Part shown: positions 1 to 8,541 of the stretch, piece after piece
Layout of the letters: the number at the start of each line of letters is the position of its first letter
Numbering within the stretch: the stretch's first letter is position 1
Position numbers and translations under genes: made by a program
DNA from: an uncultured Candidatus Bathyarchaeia archaeon
GTDB lineage: Archaea > Thermoproteota > Bathyarchaeia > 40CM-2-53-6
Direction: 5' to 3'
Length of the DNA stretch: 41,059 bases
Assembly (NCBI GenBank): GCA_964353625.1
Contig: CAYGWT010000078.1
Location: 1-41,059 of the forward strand
Notes under the pieces: generated by a model
Database searches by the model: none
The model's input: the letters and a program-made list of their open reading frames with translations, nothing else
Told to the model about the DNA's origin: nothing

Positions 1-403
1 TAGGCTTTGTCACGATCCCTCGTTAGGAATTCAATAACTATGGTTTCCATTGGTACGATACGTCCAGCCTTTTCTCATTCTGTCTTATCAATTGGCAATC
101 CAAGAAACGTCTGTCATAGATAGCGCCGAGTAGCGTTAGTAAGATAATCGGTTAGCGCGAATAGCCTCTTAATCAAGCGGCCTAGCTTTCTTCGTTTTAC
201 TCAGATGACCCCGCTCGGCTTAGCTGCGGATTCGTTCTAGATCTGATACCTTACCCTCAAGAGTCCGGATGTCGTTAGCCACGAGAGCTATCCTGTAGTC
301 CAAAGCCTCATTCACTACTCTTTTTTGGGGTCTGTCTCTTGTCCGACTCCGACAAAACTATCTCGATTTACCTCGACCCAGGCCCATAGGGTTTGGTGAA
401 AAG

Positions 404-581
404 TGCGGGGGGTGGGATTCGAACCCACGAAGGCCTACGCCACAGGGTCTCCCAGATCCTCGGTGGTCCCGAAGGATCACCTAAGCTTGGCACCACGCGA
501 CTTCGAAGTCGCAGAGTCCTGCCCCTTAAACCTGGTTCCCGCCTGGTTCGTTCAACTCGCCAGAGCCTCGGGTACCCCCGC
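404..581 (-). tRNA. tRNA-Leu(UAG), type II, interrupted by three 31-nt introns
   Basis: Read on the minus strand. Acceptor GCGGGGG/CCCCCGC with discriminator A. T-arm GTGGG-TTCGAAT-CCCAC. Long variable arm TGGCGTAGGCCTTC. Removing introns at 536-566, 487-517 and 449-479 gives D-arm CCC-GAGCCAGGTTTAA-GGG and a perfect anticodon arm CAGGG-CTTAGGA-CCCTG (anticodon TAG at 481-483). The mature product is 85 nt and CCA is not encoded. Confidence 0.85.
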
Positions 582-612
582 TCATCAGCTCCTGTCTCTA
601 CTCGCTCAGCAC

Positions 613-620
613 AATATTAT
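613..620 (-). promoter_or_regulatory. TATA-like box upstream of tRNA-Leu
   Basis: Minus-strand ATAATATT lies roughly 30-35 nt upstream of the tRNA 5' end at 581. Confidence 0.3.
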
Positions 621-759
621 CTCTTCGAAGCTGGCTTCGCGATCGGCAGCCATCCATTCGTTCCGTCGGCGCAGGAACCAGAGTAGTTCTGCGAAGGCCT
701 TCGGAATGTGAACTCTGTTGTATTCTCGTTTGGTGTGTTAGGGTACTATTGTTCGTCTG

Positions 760-1219
760 TTGAACGCAGGTTCTTCACGTAGCCACTATTTCATCTCGAA
801 TTCTCGGCACGTCGGCGGCGACGGATACCAAATTGGAGGAGGCTCCTCGCCTGCTGAAGTAATGATTCTAACTATGCGATTGAGGGATCCCCCCTGGGGA
901 AGGTCGATAACCGGTTCTCGTGGGTTGCCTAACACGCGGATTCTCTCGAAAGGCAACTTGTGGGGGGATTGTTCCGCTGATCATGAAACATTCAATGAAC
1001 GAAAGGCTCATACGATATCCTAAGCGAGGAGATTCGCCAATTCTCGGCGGCTACCGTATCTTTCATAATCATATGTGTTCACACGTTACATTAGACGACA
1101 AGACCCCAGCCGACGCATGCGGAATCCAAGTTCAAGGCCCAAACAAATGGCTGACCCTTATCCAAAACGCGAGCCGTCACCCGACGGTTAACAGGAACCT
1201 GAATCGCCCACGAACTTAA
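760..1219 (+). pseudogene. Degraded DDE transposase (IS remnant); C-terminal part only, frameshifted
   Basis: The 760-1023 frame ends ...ADHETFNERKAHTIS*. The overlapping 920-1219 frame continues ...ILGGYRIFHNHMCSHVTLDDKTPADACGIQVQGPNKWLTLIQNA. That tail resembles the C-terminus of archaeal IS6-like/rve-type transposases (NxER ... YN..RPH..L..KTPA..GI...NKW). The frame is broken near 1000-1020 and there is no intact N-terminal catalytic region. Confidence 0.5.
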
Positions 1220-1286
1220 CAGAACCTGACTGAGAAATAGATATTAGTGGCAGTCTGGGTGAGCCTATGACTTCGCCGAGTGAAGA

Positions 1287-1802
1287 GTGTTGAAAGGTCG
1301 CAACTACAGGACGCCTCGCGGTCAGCCGTACACGCGCCACAAGTACATTCACGGCTCACCCGCACTGCGAATCTCCAAGTTCACCATGGGTGACACGAAG
1401 TCGAGCTTTGACTATCAGGTCAGCCTGGTTGTTCAGGCTCCAATCCAGATTCGTCACAATGCGCTTGAGGCAGCCCGTGTCGCTGCGAACAAGGTTCTCT
1501 TCGACACACTTGGCGAGACAGGTTACATTGTCCGCCTTAGACCATACCCGCATATTATCCTCAGAGAGAACCGTATGATAGCCACAGCAGGCGCCGACCG
1601 ACTCCAGGAAGGGATGCGAAGAGCTTTCGGAAAACCAACCAGCCGAGCAGCCCGTATGCGAGCCGGACAGTCGATTCTGGACCTCTACGTCAATCAATCC
1701 CATATCGATCTTGCGAAAGAAGCTCTCAGAGTGAGTTCGAGCAAACTCGCCGCTACCTGCAGGGTCGTGGTGGAGCGAGCTGTGCCTCAGCCGGCCGCCT
1801 AG
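1287..1802 (+). CDS. rpl10e: 50S ribosomal protein uL16 (L10e)
   Basis: 171-aa ORF with a GTG start. N-terminus ...RTPRGQPYTRHKYIHGSPALRISKFTMGD is typical of archaeal L10e. Confidence 0.85.
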   Translation: MLKGRNYRTPRGQPYTRHKYIHGSPALRISKFTMGDTKSSFDYQVSLVVQAPIQIRHNALEAARVAANKVLFDTLGETGYIVRLRPYPHIILRENRMIATAGADRLQEGMRRAFGKPTSRAARMRAGQSILDLYVNQSHIDLAKEALRVSSSKLAATCRVVVERAVPQPAA

Positions 1803-1967
1803 ACCTAGACAAGGACTAGACATTAGTCAGGGGTCTTGGTAAGGACGAGTCAATACTAGGCTCTTATCGCGGGTTTCTTCGGCCCCCTCAATTGTTGTCC
1901 TATCAATCGGTCTCGGATGTGATGATTTATTAGCGATGCAGATGGAAATTCAGGGACGGTGCAATGA

Positions 1968-4325
1968 GTGGCGCCCTCCAACAAGCAAACGGCGCTGGTG
2001 CTTTGGTTCAATGAGGTTACGAAAGAGGACGTTCCCCTAGTGGGCGGCAAGTCCGCAAGTCTAGGTGAGATGACGTCAAAGACGAAAGTTCCAGTCCCTT
2101 ACGGTTTTGCGCTCACAGCTGAGGCCTACAGACTGTTCGTCAGAAAGAACGGACTCGACAAGAAAATAGTTGACGCGCTGGAACCTCTGAATGATTCGAA
2201 TGACACCGTGATGCTCCAGAAGGTTGGCGCTGAACTCAGGAAGATGGTTAATTCGGCTCAAATGCCGAAAGAGCTTGAAAGAGTCATCGTTGATGCCTAT
2301 CACGACTTAGCCACGCATGAGAAGGTCAAGAATCCGTTCGTCGCAATCAGAAGCTCCGCTACCACGGAGGATCTACCCGACGCGAGTTTTGCTGGTCAAC
2401 AGGAAAGTTACCTGAACATCACAGGGGCGAACGATGTGGTTGCCAAAGTGCGGGAATGTTATGCTAGTTTGTTCACCGATCGTGCAATCTTCTATAGAGT
2501 ACAGAAAGGATTCGACCACCTTGACATCGCTCTATCGGCGATCGTTCAGATGATGTGCTACGCCGAATCCAGCGGAGTAATGTTCTCAATTGATCCCACG
2601 GACGGCGACGATTCGGTGGTAATGATAGAAGCGAACTATGGGCTGGGCGAGTACGTGGTCCAGGGTCGAGTGACTCCAGATGCCTACTATGTAGATAAGG
2701 AGACGCTTAAGATCGTTCGCAAGAATATCCCAACCAAAACTGTCATGCTCATACCGAAACCTGAAGGCGGAACAGAGGATAGACAGGTTCCAGATTCGCT
2801 GAAGAATCGCCAAGTCATCGGTGACGAACAAGTGATAGAGCTCGCGAAGTATGCCCTCATGATAGAGCAGCACTATGGTCGACCAATGGACATCGAGTGG
2901 GGATTCGATAAGCAAACCGGCAAACTGCTGATACTGCAAGCACGGCCTGAAACCGTTTGGTCCTTCAAGAAACGCCCGACGGAGAATGTGGCAACTTTCA
3001 CGACAGAGAGAAAGATCCTCGTCAAAGGTCTACCCGCCTCACCAGGGGTCATTGCAGGCAAAGTTCATCTAATCCCGTCAGCAGAACATGTGAGCGAGTT
3101 CCAAGCTGGCGAGGTCCTCGTAACTGAGATGACTGCGCCCGATTGGGTTCCGGCGATGAAGAAGGCGAAGGCGATCATTACGGACAGCGGTGGTATGACT
3201 TGTCACGCCGCAATCGTTAGTAGAGAACTCGGAATCCCATGTATCGTAGGATCTAAGAATGGTACCAAGGTGCTTGCAACAGGAATGGATGTTACCGTGG
3301 ACGCGAAAAGAGGAGTCGTATACGAGGGAATAATGAAGGAAGCTGTAGCCCCTCAAGCTCAGCAGGCGTCAGCTTCTGGCTCGGCAGGATTCTATGAGGC
3401 GCCAGTGACCGGAACAAAGATATTCGTCAACCTCGGCGAGCCGGAACTTGCGGAGAAGGTAGCTCAGCTCCCATCCGATGGTGTCGGTCTTTTGCGCATG
3501 GAATTCATCGTCAACGACCACATCAAAAAGCATCCGATGTGGCTGATTGAGAATAAGCATCCCGAGGAGTTTGTCGACAAACTCGCGGAAGGGCTCGCCA
3601 TGTTCTGCAGAGCCTTCCATCCGCGACCGGTAGTGCTCAGATTCAGCGACTTCAAAACAAACGAGTACGCCAAGTTGGAAGGCGGAGAGAAATTCGAAAG
3701 CGGAATAAAGGAAGCCAATCCGCTGCTCGGCTTCAGGGGAGCCTGCCGCTATACCGATCCAAAGTTCGAGCCAGCATTCAGGCTCGAGATCGCTGCTGTG
3801 AAGAAAGTCAGAAACGAGATGGGCCTCAAGAACCTCTGGTGCATGATCCCATTCAACAGGACAGTCGAGGAGTTCGTGAAGATCCGCGAGCTGCTTCAAC
3901 GCGAAGGTCTCCGACAAGATGAGGACTTCAAACTCTGGATCATGGCGGAGGTACCAAGCAATATACTTCTAGCCGACGAATTCTGCAAGGCAGGCGTCGA
4001 CGGCTTCTCGATCGGTAGCAACGATCTCACCATGCTCATACTTGGCGCGGACAGAGACAATGAGATTCTGGCGCCCCTTTTTGACGAGAGAAACCTCGCA
4101 GTCAAGCGGGCCATCAAGAGTCTGATAGAGACAGCTCACCAGTATGGTAAGACAGTCAGCATCTGCGGACAGGCTCCGAGCGTATACTCAGAGTTCACGA
4201 GATTTCTAGTCGAAGCAGGCATTGATAGTGTATCCGTCAACCCCGACGCCGTGGTGCAGACTAGGAAGCTTGTGGCACAGGTCGAGCAGAGAATCCTCCT
4301 TGAGAGAGTAACCCGGCAACGCTGA
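1968..4325 (+). CDS. ppsA: Phosphoenolpyruvate synthase (pyruvate, water dikinase)
   Basis: 785-aa ORF. N-terminal VLWFNEVTKEDVPLVGGKSASLGE. Phosphohistidine swivel motif GGMTCHAAIVSRELGIPCIVG. C-terminal PEP-utilizing domain with SIGSNDLTM. Confidence 0.92.
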   Translation: MAPSNKQTALVLWFNEVTKEDVPLVGGKSASLGEMTSKTKVPVPYGFALTAEAYRLFVRKNGLDKKIVDALEPLNDSNDTVMLQKVGAELRKMVNSAQMPKELERVIVDAYHDLATHEKVKNPFVAIRSSATTEDLPDASFAGQQESYLNITGANDVVAKVRECYASLFTDRAIFYRVQKGFDHLDIALSAIVQMMCYAESSGVMFSIDPTDGDDSVVMIEANYGLGEYVVQGRVTPDAYYVDKETLKIVRKNIPTKTVMLIPKPEGGTEDRQVPDSLKNRQVIGDEQVIELAKYALMIEQHYGRPMDIEWGFDKQTGKLLILQARPETVWSFKKRPTENVATFTTERKILVKGLPASPGVIAGKVHLIPSAEHVSEFQAGEVLVTEMTAPDWVPAMKKAKAIITDSGGMTCHAAIVSRELGIPCIVGSKNGTKVLATGMDVTVDAKRGVVYEGIMKEAVAPQAQQASASGSAGFYEAPVTGTKIFVNLGEPELAEKVAQLPSDGVGLLRMEFIVNDHIKKHPMWLIENKHPEEFVDKLAEGLAMFCRAFHPRPVVLRFSDFKTNEYAKLEGGEKFESGIKEANPLLGFRGACRYTDPKFEPAFRLEIAAVKKVRNEMGLKNLWCMIPFNRTVEEFVKIRELLQREGLRQDEDFKLWIMAEVPSNILLADEFCKAGVDGFSIGSNDLTMLILGADRDNEILAPLFDERNLAVKRAIKSLIETAHQYGKTVSICGQAPSVYSEFTRFLVEAGIDSVSVNPDAVVQTRKLVAQVEQRILLERVTRQR

Positions 4326-4526
4326 AGACAGCCCCAACAATGGGCCTCCGTGTACACGATAGCCGCTTGGAGGGTACTTCTTCTGGGGAGGGGGTTAGGC
4401 AAACGAGAATTGCATTTTAGGGGCTAATCCACACGGGCTAGTTCTGGCCTGAGGTGATCGCGGCGCCATATTACTAGTCCATATGGCTCGTGCACACGAG
4501 ATTCTGGTCACATAGGGCCAGCGTGT

Positions 4527-4889
4527 TCAGGTCGGCTCCAAGAAACGGTCGAGCACGTTCCTGATATCCTGCTTTGCAACCGCTCCGACGATGCGTTCAA
4601 CTTCGGTCCCCCCCTGCAGTAACAGGAGTGTTGGGATGCCCATAATCCCAAAGCGTTCGGTCGTTGCAGGGTTCTCGTCAGTGTTTAGTTTTCCAAAGAT
4701 GACTCTGTCTGCATATTCTTCTGCGAGTTCTTCGATGACAGGAGCCATCGCCATGCATGGGCCGCACCAAGGTGCCCAAAAATCCACCACCATCAGATCG
4801 TATCGTTCAACGACCGGGTCGAATCCATCATCAGCGAGAGTGATCAGCTGTGCGGTGCTTTGCTCTGACTCCATGCGCAATGCCTCCAC
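4527..4889 (-). CDS. trxA: Thioredoxin
   Basis: WAPWCGPC active site and thioredoxin-fold length. The start is GTG at 4889, or the internal ATG at 4874. Confidence 0.9.
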   Translation of the reverse strand: MEALRMESEQSTAQLITLADDGFDPVVERYDLMVVDFWAPWCGPCMAMAPVIEELAEEYADRVIFGKLNTDENPATTERFGIMGIPTLLLLQGGTEVERIVGAVAKQDIRNVLDRFLEPT

Positions 4890-5141
4890 GATGCATTCGT
4901 ACGGTGCTTGGCACCTGAATAAAAGAAGATCGTCACGATCATGATTCTTGTCGAGTGATCAATCAATCCAATCATCTAATCTCACTCGTGTCCAACGTCG
5001 AACGAAGGTTCCACGAGCGGGGCATAGTTCCGTTTCTTCAGAGGACAATCGTGAAGTTGACAGTTTCGGTTCTGATACATGCTTGGCATTTGCACGGCAG
5101 TTACACAACACCTTATTCACGTGCGATCCATAGAAGTGATC

Positions 5142-5540
5142 ATGCCGATCAAGTACTTTCCCGCCTCCGACGTTAAAGAATTGACAGATCAATTGATTGA
5201 GGAACTGGGTTTCGTTCACATCCCCAAGGAAAGGGTCATCTGCATCAGGAGTGTCGGATCAAAATCCAGAGGGACCATCGCAAGAGTGCATTCTTTCCCG
5301 AAAGTCTGGCAGCGGGGGCTTAGCATGAAATCTCATTATGCAATTGAGGTTATCTCAGAACACTTCGATGACCTCTCGATGGCAGAACAAGAGAAGGTCA
5401 TCATCCACGAGTTGCTTCATGTACCGAAGAGTTTTGGTGGTGGATTTCGTCACCATAGAGACTGGGTCACCAGGCATAGGGTCGATCGGCTTCATGCTGC
5501 CCTAGTTGCGGATCGCCTCATAGACTCAAGCAACGGTTAA
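5142..5540 (+). CDS. Predicted zinc metalloprotease-like protein (HExxH)
   Basis: HELLH motif followed by VPKSFGGGFRHH, as in small archaeal SprT/Wss1-like putative metallopeptidases. The ATG at 5142 is in frame with the longer track ORF that starts at 5079. Confidence 0.5.
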   Translation: MPIKYFPASDVKELTDQLIEELGFVHIPKERVICIRSVGSKSRGTIARVHSFPKVWQRGLSMKSHYAIEVISEHFDDLSMAEQEKVIIHELLHVPKSFGGGFRHHRDWVTRHRVDRLHAALVADRLIDSSNG

Positions 5541-5576
5541 TTCGAGGACAGCTCGTGCGTTAGCCCTCGTAGTCCC

Positions 5577-6617
5577 ATGTACGATCTCGAAGAGGCCCGC
5601 CTAATCGAGGATATCAAGAGGCGATCGCCTCGCCGCGTCCTGCTTCAGTTACCCGAGGGACTGAAACCGCAAGCCGCCAAACTTGCTGAAAGACTTCAGA
5701 ACGCGAGCGGAGCCGAAATATTCGTCTCGGGAGATCCATGCTACGGTGCTTGCGATCTTGCATTAAATCAAATGAAGGAGTTGCACGCGGACCTCTTGAT
5801 CCACGTTGGCCACGCGGAGATACCAAACGGCAGCGCCAGCGATGGCATCATCTACGTTGAGGCAAGATCAGATCAGAAGATCGAGAAACCACTCGCTGAG
5901 GCTCTCAAACTCTTGAAGGATGAAAAATGCATTGGATTGGCTGCATCGGTGCAGCATTTGCACTTGCTCAAGCAGGCAAAGGAGTCGCTTGAACATGCGG
6001 GGAAGGTTGTGTTCATAGGCAAAGCATCGGGAAGGCTCGGACATGAGGGTCAACTCTTGGGATGCGACTACGGAAGTGTCCTGTCCATAGCGAGCAATGT
6101 TGAAGCGTTTCTCGTGATCGTCGCAGGAGATTTCCACGCTCTCGGTGTATCACTTTCCACAGGCAAGAGAACGATCGTGGCCGACCCATACCAACAGACG
6201 GCACGAGACATTGCCGGTCTCGTCGGGAAGATACTGCGGCAGCGATACGCAACGATCTTGAAGTTCAAGGAGGCAAAGAGGATCGGGATTATTGTGGGGC
6301 TCAAGAGCGGCCAGATCAATCTGGCTATCGCTAGGAGGTTGAAGACCCTCCTAGAACAGAATGGGAAGCAGTGCACGCTGATCGCTTCCTCGGAATTCAT
6401 TCCGGAATCAATAGAATCATTCACAGATCTGGATGGGCTTGTGGAAACCGCCTGTCCAAGAGTTGCGATCGATGACCGAAGTCGCTATCACAAACCTCTG
6501 GTCAATTCGGAAGAGGCACTGATCGCGATCGGCAAGAAAGGCTGGGAAGAGTACGGCAAGCATACCGAAGAAACATGGGATCGAACGCCTGCTACAACAG
6601 ATGAGGCCCAATCCTAG
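5577..6617 (+). CDS. dph2: Diphthamide biosynthesis enzyme Dph2 (2-(3-amino-3-carboxypropyl)histidine synthase)
   Basis: 346 aa. Has RRVLLQLPEGLKPQA, GDPCYGACD, and conserved Cys positions LGCDYG and ETACPRVAIDD. It sits in the conserved dph2 / methylase / csl4 / rpoL neighbourhood. Confidence 0.85.
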   Translation: MYDLEEARLIEDIKRRSPRRVLLQLPEGLKPQAAKLAERLQNASGAEIFVSGDPCYGACDLALNQMKELHADLLIHVGHAEIPNGSASDGIIYVEARSDQKIEKPLAEALKLLKDEKCIGLAASVQHLHLLKQAKESLEHAGKVVFIGKASGRLGHEGQLLGCDYGSVLSIASNVEAFLVIVAGDFHALGVSLSTGKRTIVADPYQQTARDIAGLVGKILRQRYATILKFKEAKRIGIIVGLKSGQINLAIARRLKTLLEQNGKQCTLIASSEFIPESIESFTDLDGLVETACPRVAIDDRSRYHKPLVNSEEALIAIGKKGWEEYGKHTEETWDRTPATTDEAQS

Positions 6618-7179
6618 CCCTAGGATACGGCTTGAGCAGTATACGATTCCTGCAAATATTGCAGCGGACATTCTTTTCCTTGCCACCGCCGTGTACCGAG
6701 ACATCGTCGGCAAGAACGTGGTTGATCTCGGAACGGGTACCGGCAGACTCGCGATAGGTGCATCTCACATGGGAGCGAGTCGTGTAGCCGCGATAGACAT
6801 TGATCCTGAGGCGATCAGAGTTGCACGCGAGAACTCTCGGGCCGCAATGATCGAAGTGGATTGGATAGTCGGCGATCTGAGTGCAATTCGCGGAATTTTC
6901 GATACAGTTATAATGAATCCGCCATTCGGAACGAAGCAGAAACATGTTGACAAGGTTTTCTTGAGCAAAGCCATCCAGATTGGACGTGTTGTCTACTCGA
7001 TCCACAAGTCAGCCACCCGAGAGCATATCCTACAATACTTGAAGCGGCTCGGATGCAGGGTGGACGCGATTCACGAATACACGTTGGATATTCCAAGGAT
7101 GTTCGAACATCACAAGAAAAGGAAGCATCCTGTCAGGGTTGACTGCTACAGGGTAGAGACAGGAGGAGGCTCACAATAA
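6601..7179 (+). CDS. SAM-dependent N6-adenine RNA methyltransferase (COG2263/METTL5-like)
   Basis: LEQYTIPANIAA, SAM motif VVDLGTGTGRLAIGA and catalytic NPPFG. Overlaps the dph2 3' end by 17 nt. Confidence 0.75.
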   Translation: MRPNPSPRIRLEQYTIPANIAADILFLATAVYRDIVGKNVVDLGTGTGRLAIGASHMGASRVAAIDIDPEAIRVARENSRAAMIEVDWIVGDLSAIRGIFDTVIMNPPFGTKQKHVDKVFLSKAIQIGRVVYSIHKSATREHILQYLKRLGCRVDAIHEYTLDIPRMFEHHKKRKHPVRVDCYRVETGGGSQ

Positions 7180-7293
7180 CCAGTGCGAGCAAAGATTATC
7201 CCTGCTTATATACGGCCGTTCTCATTATGGAAGAAAGCTTCGGTCGAGCTACCCTCTCCAAAGTTCCATGAAACAAGTAAGGTTCAATCAGAA

Positions 7294-7869
7294 ATGCCTG
7301 TAAGAGATTTCCGTAAGCCACAGCTCGTCGTTCCCGGAGAGGATCTATGTGTTGCCGAGGAATTCTCACCGGGTCCCGGTACATACGAACGTGGTGGCGT
7401 AGTCTATTCGCACCTTATTGGTGAGAGAGTGGCGGATCTCAAAGAAAGAAAAGTGAAGGTTGTCGCGAAAGCCCGGACTCCAACAATGCCTACGGATGGC
7501 TCAACGGTGATCGGCCAAGTCGCAAGCGCTCATGAAAAGTCGGCCATAATCAGCATATACAAGGTAGACGCGAAAGCCCTCGGAAGACCGTTCACAGGTA
7601 TCCTCCACATCTCATCATCAAGCCCGAGGTACGAGCGAAACATGAATGACGTCTGCAAGACAGGCGACCTAGTCAAAGCCAGAGTGTTCAATGACAAGAG
7701 CAGGATCCCAGAACTTACCACAGCCGGGAGAGGACTTGGGGTGATCCGAGCGTATTGTTCCAGGTGCGGGGGTCTGCTTGTCATGACAAACCGTAGGTTG
7801 CAGTGTGGTCTATGCGGCAATGTCGAGCACAGGCGCTTGGCCGATGAATTCGAAGTAGCAACGAGGTAG
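7294..7869 (+). CDS. csl4: Exosome complex RNA-binding protein Csl4
   Basis: LVVPGEDLCVAEEFSPGPGTY N-terminus, a central S1-like region and a C-terminal zinc ribbon CSRCGG...CGLCG. The track ORF starts at GTG 7183, but the conserved region begins just after ATG 7294. Confidence 0.8.
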   Translation: MPVRDFRKPQLVVPGEDLCVAEEFSPGPGTYERGGVVYSHLIGERVADLKERKVKVVAKARTPTMPTDGSTVIGQVASAHEKSAIISIYKVDAKALGRPFTGILHISSSSPRYERNMNDVCKTGDLVKARVFNDKSRIPELTTAGRGLGVIRAYCSRCGGLLVMTNRRLQCGLCGNVEHRRLADEFEVATR

Positions 7870-7874
7870 TACTG

Positions 7875-8159
7875 TTGAATCTTAAGGTTCTAACGAAATC
7901 GAAGAACGAGTTGAAACTAGAGCTTCAGGGGGAGGGGCACACTTTCTGCAATTTGCTCCAGTGGGTATTACTCCAGGACAAGAGCGTTGAGATGGCAGGA
8001 TACGACGTTCCACATCCTCTGCTTCCGAGCGCAATCCTGTACATTCGGACGAAACGGGAGTCGTCTCCCGAGAAAGCACTCACGCGAGCCCTAGCAAAGG
8101 TAGGCGAGATGAGCAACGAGTTCTTGGAAAAGCTCGACAAAGCCGTCGTTCCAAGCTGA
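7875..8159 (+). CDS. rpoL: DNA-directed RNA polymerase subunit L
   Basis: 94 aa with a TTG start. NELKLELQGEGHTFCNLLQ matches the RpoL/Rpb11 signature. Confidence 0.85.
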   Translation: MNLKVLTKSKNELKLELQGEGHTFCNLLQWVLLQDKSVEMAGYDVPHPLLPSAILYIRTKRESSPEKALTRALAKVGEMSNEFLEKLDKAVVPS

Positions 8160-8244
8160 TCCAGATACGCCACAGCTGAAATCTGTTCTTGCTGATTCGA
8201 AACTGGCCAAACTTGGAGATGCATACATAAACTTCGTCTTCTCG

Positions 8245-8541
8245 TTGGGCAGATCGAGAATCCTTGGAGAACCTCAGGGCATCAAAGTCAGTGATAGGAT
8301 GCTTGCGGAAGCTCTCAGAAAATCAGGACTGAGGCAAGAGCTACCGCATCGTACGACCCGTCAGGACTGCGCGAACGCAGTTGAAGCGCTTCTCGTGTAC
8401 GGGTACCTGAACAAGCTGGTTTCGCTAGCGGATTCAGTTGAACAAATAGCCGCTGCGCCGGATTCGCCCATCGACGGTTTAGTTCAGCTGATCAAGACGG
8501 TAGCGAACAAGATTGAAGAGCGGAAGTCAAACACCGCATGA
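8245..8541 (+). CDS. Small RNase III-fold-like protein (tentative); 5' end unresolved
   Basis: ANAVEALLVYGYL resembles the second RNase III motif. The in-frame upstream sequence 8185-8244 encodes VLADSKLAKLGDAYINFVFS, resembling the first motif (..LGDA). The frame is open from 8113, but no ATG/GTG/TTG occurs before 8245. Confidence 0.4.
   Translation: MGRSRILGEPQGIKVSDRMLAEALRKSGLRQELPHRTTRQDCANAVEALLVYGYLNKLVSLADSVEQIAAAPDSPIDGLVQLIKTVANKIEERKSNTA

Noticed and set aside
393-711. Track ORFs 393-686 and 403-711 (97 and 102 aa)
   Set aside because: They lie entirely over the intron-containing tRNA-Leu gene and its flank. The translations are Arg/Ser/Pro-rich with no motifs, and the tRNA explains the sequence.
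4465-4487. A hairpin GCCATAT-9 nt-ATATGGC between the convergent ppsA and trxA genes, considered as a bidirectional terminator. Similar hairpins lie at 33907-33926 and 40827-40844.
   Set aside because: Archaeal termination mainly uses oligo-T tracts. None of these hairpins is followed by a T-run, so they are recorded only as structures and not called terminators.
4950-4990. An AATC-rich, microsatellite-like tract (tgatcaatcaatccaatcatctaatc) in the trxA / metalloprotease intergenic region
   Set aside because: It is short and degenerate, has no clear repeat unit beyond three or four imperfect copies, and offers no functional inference.
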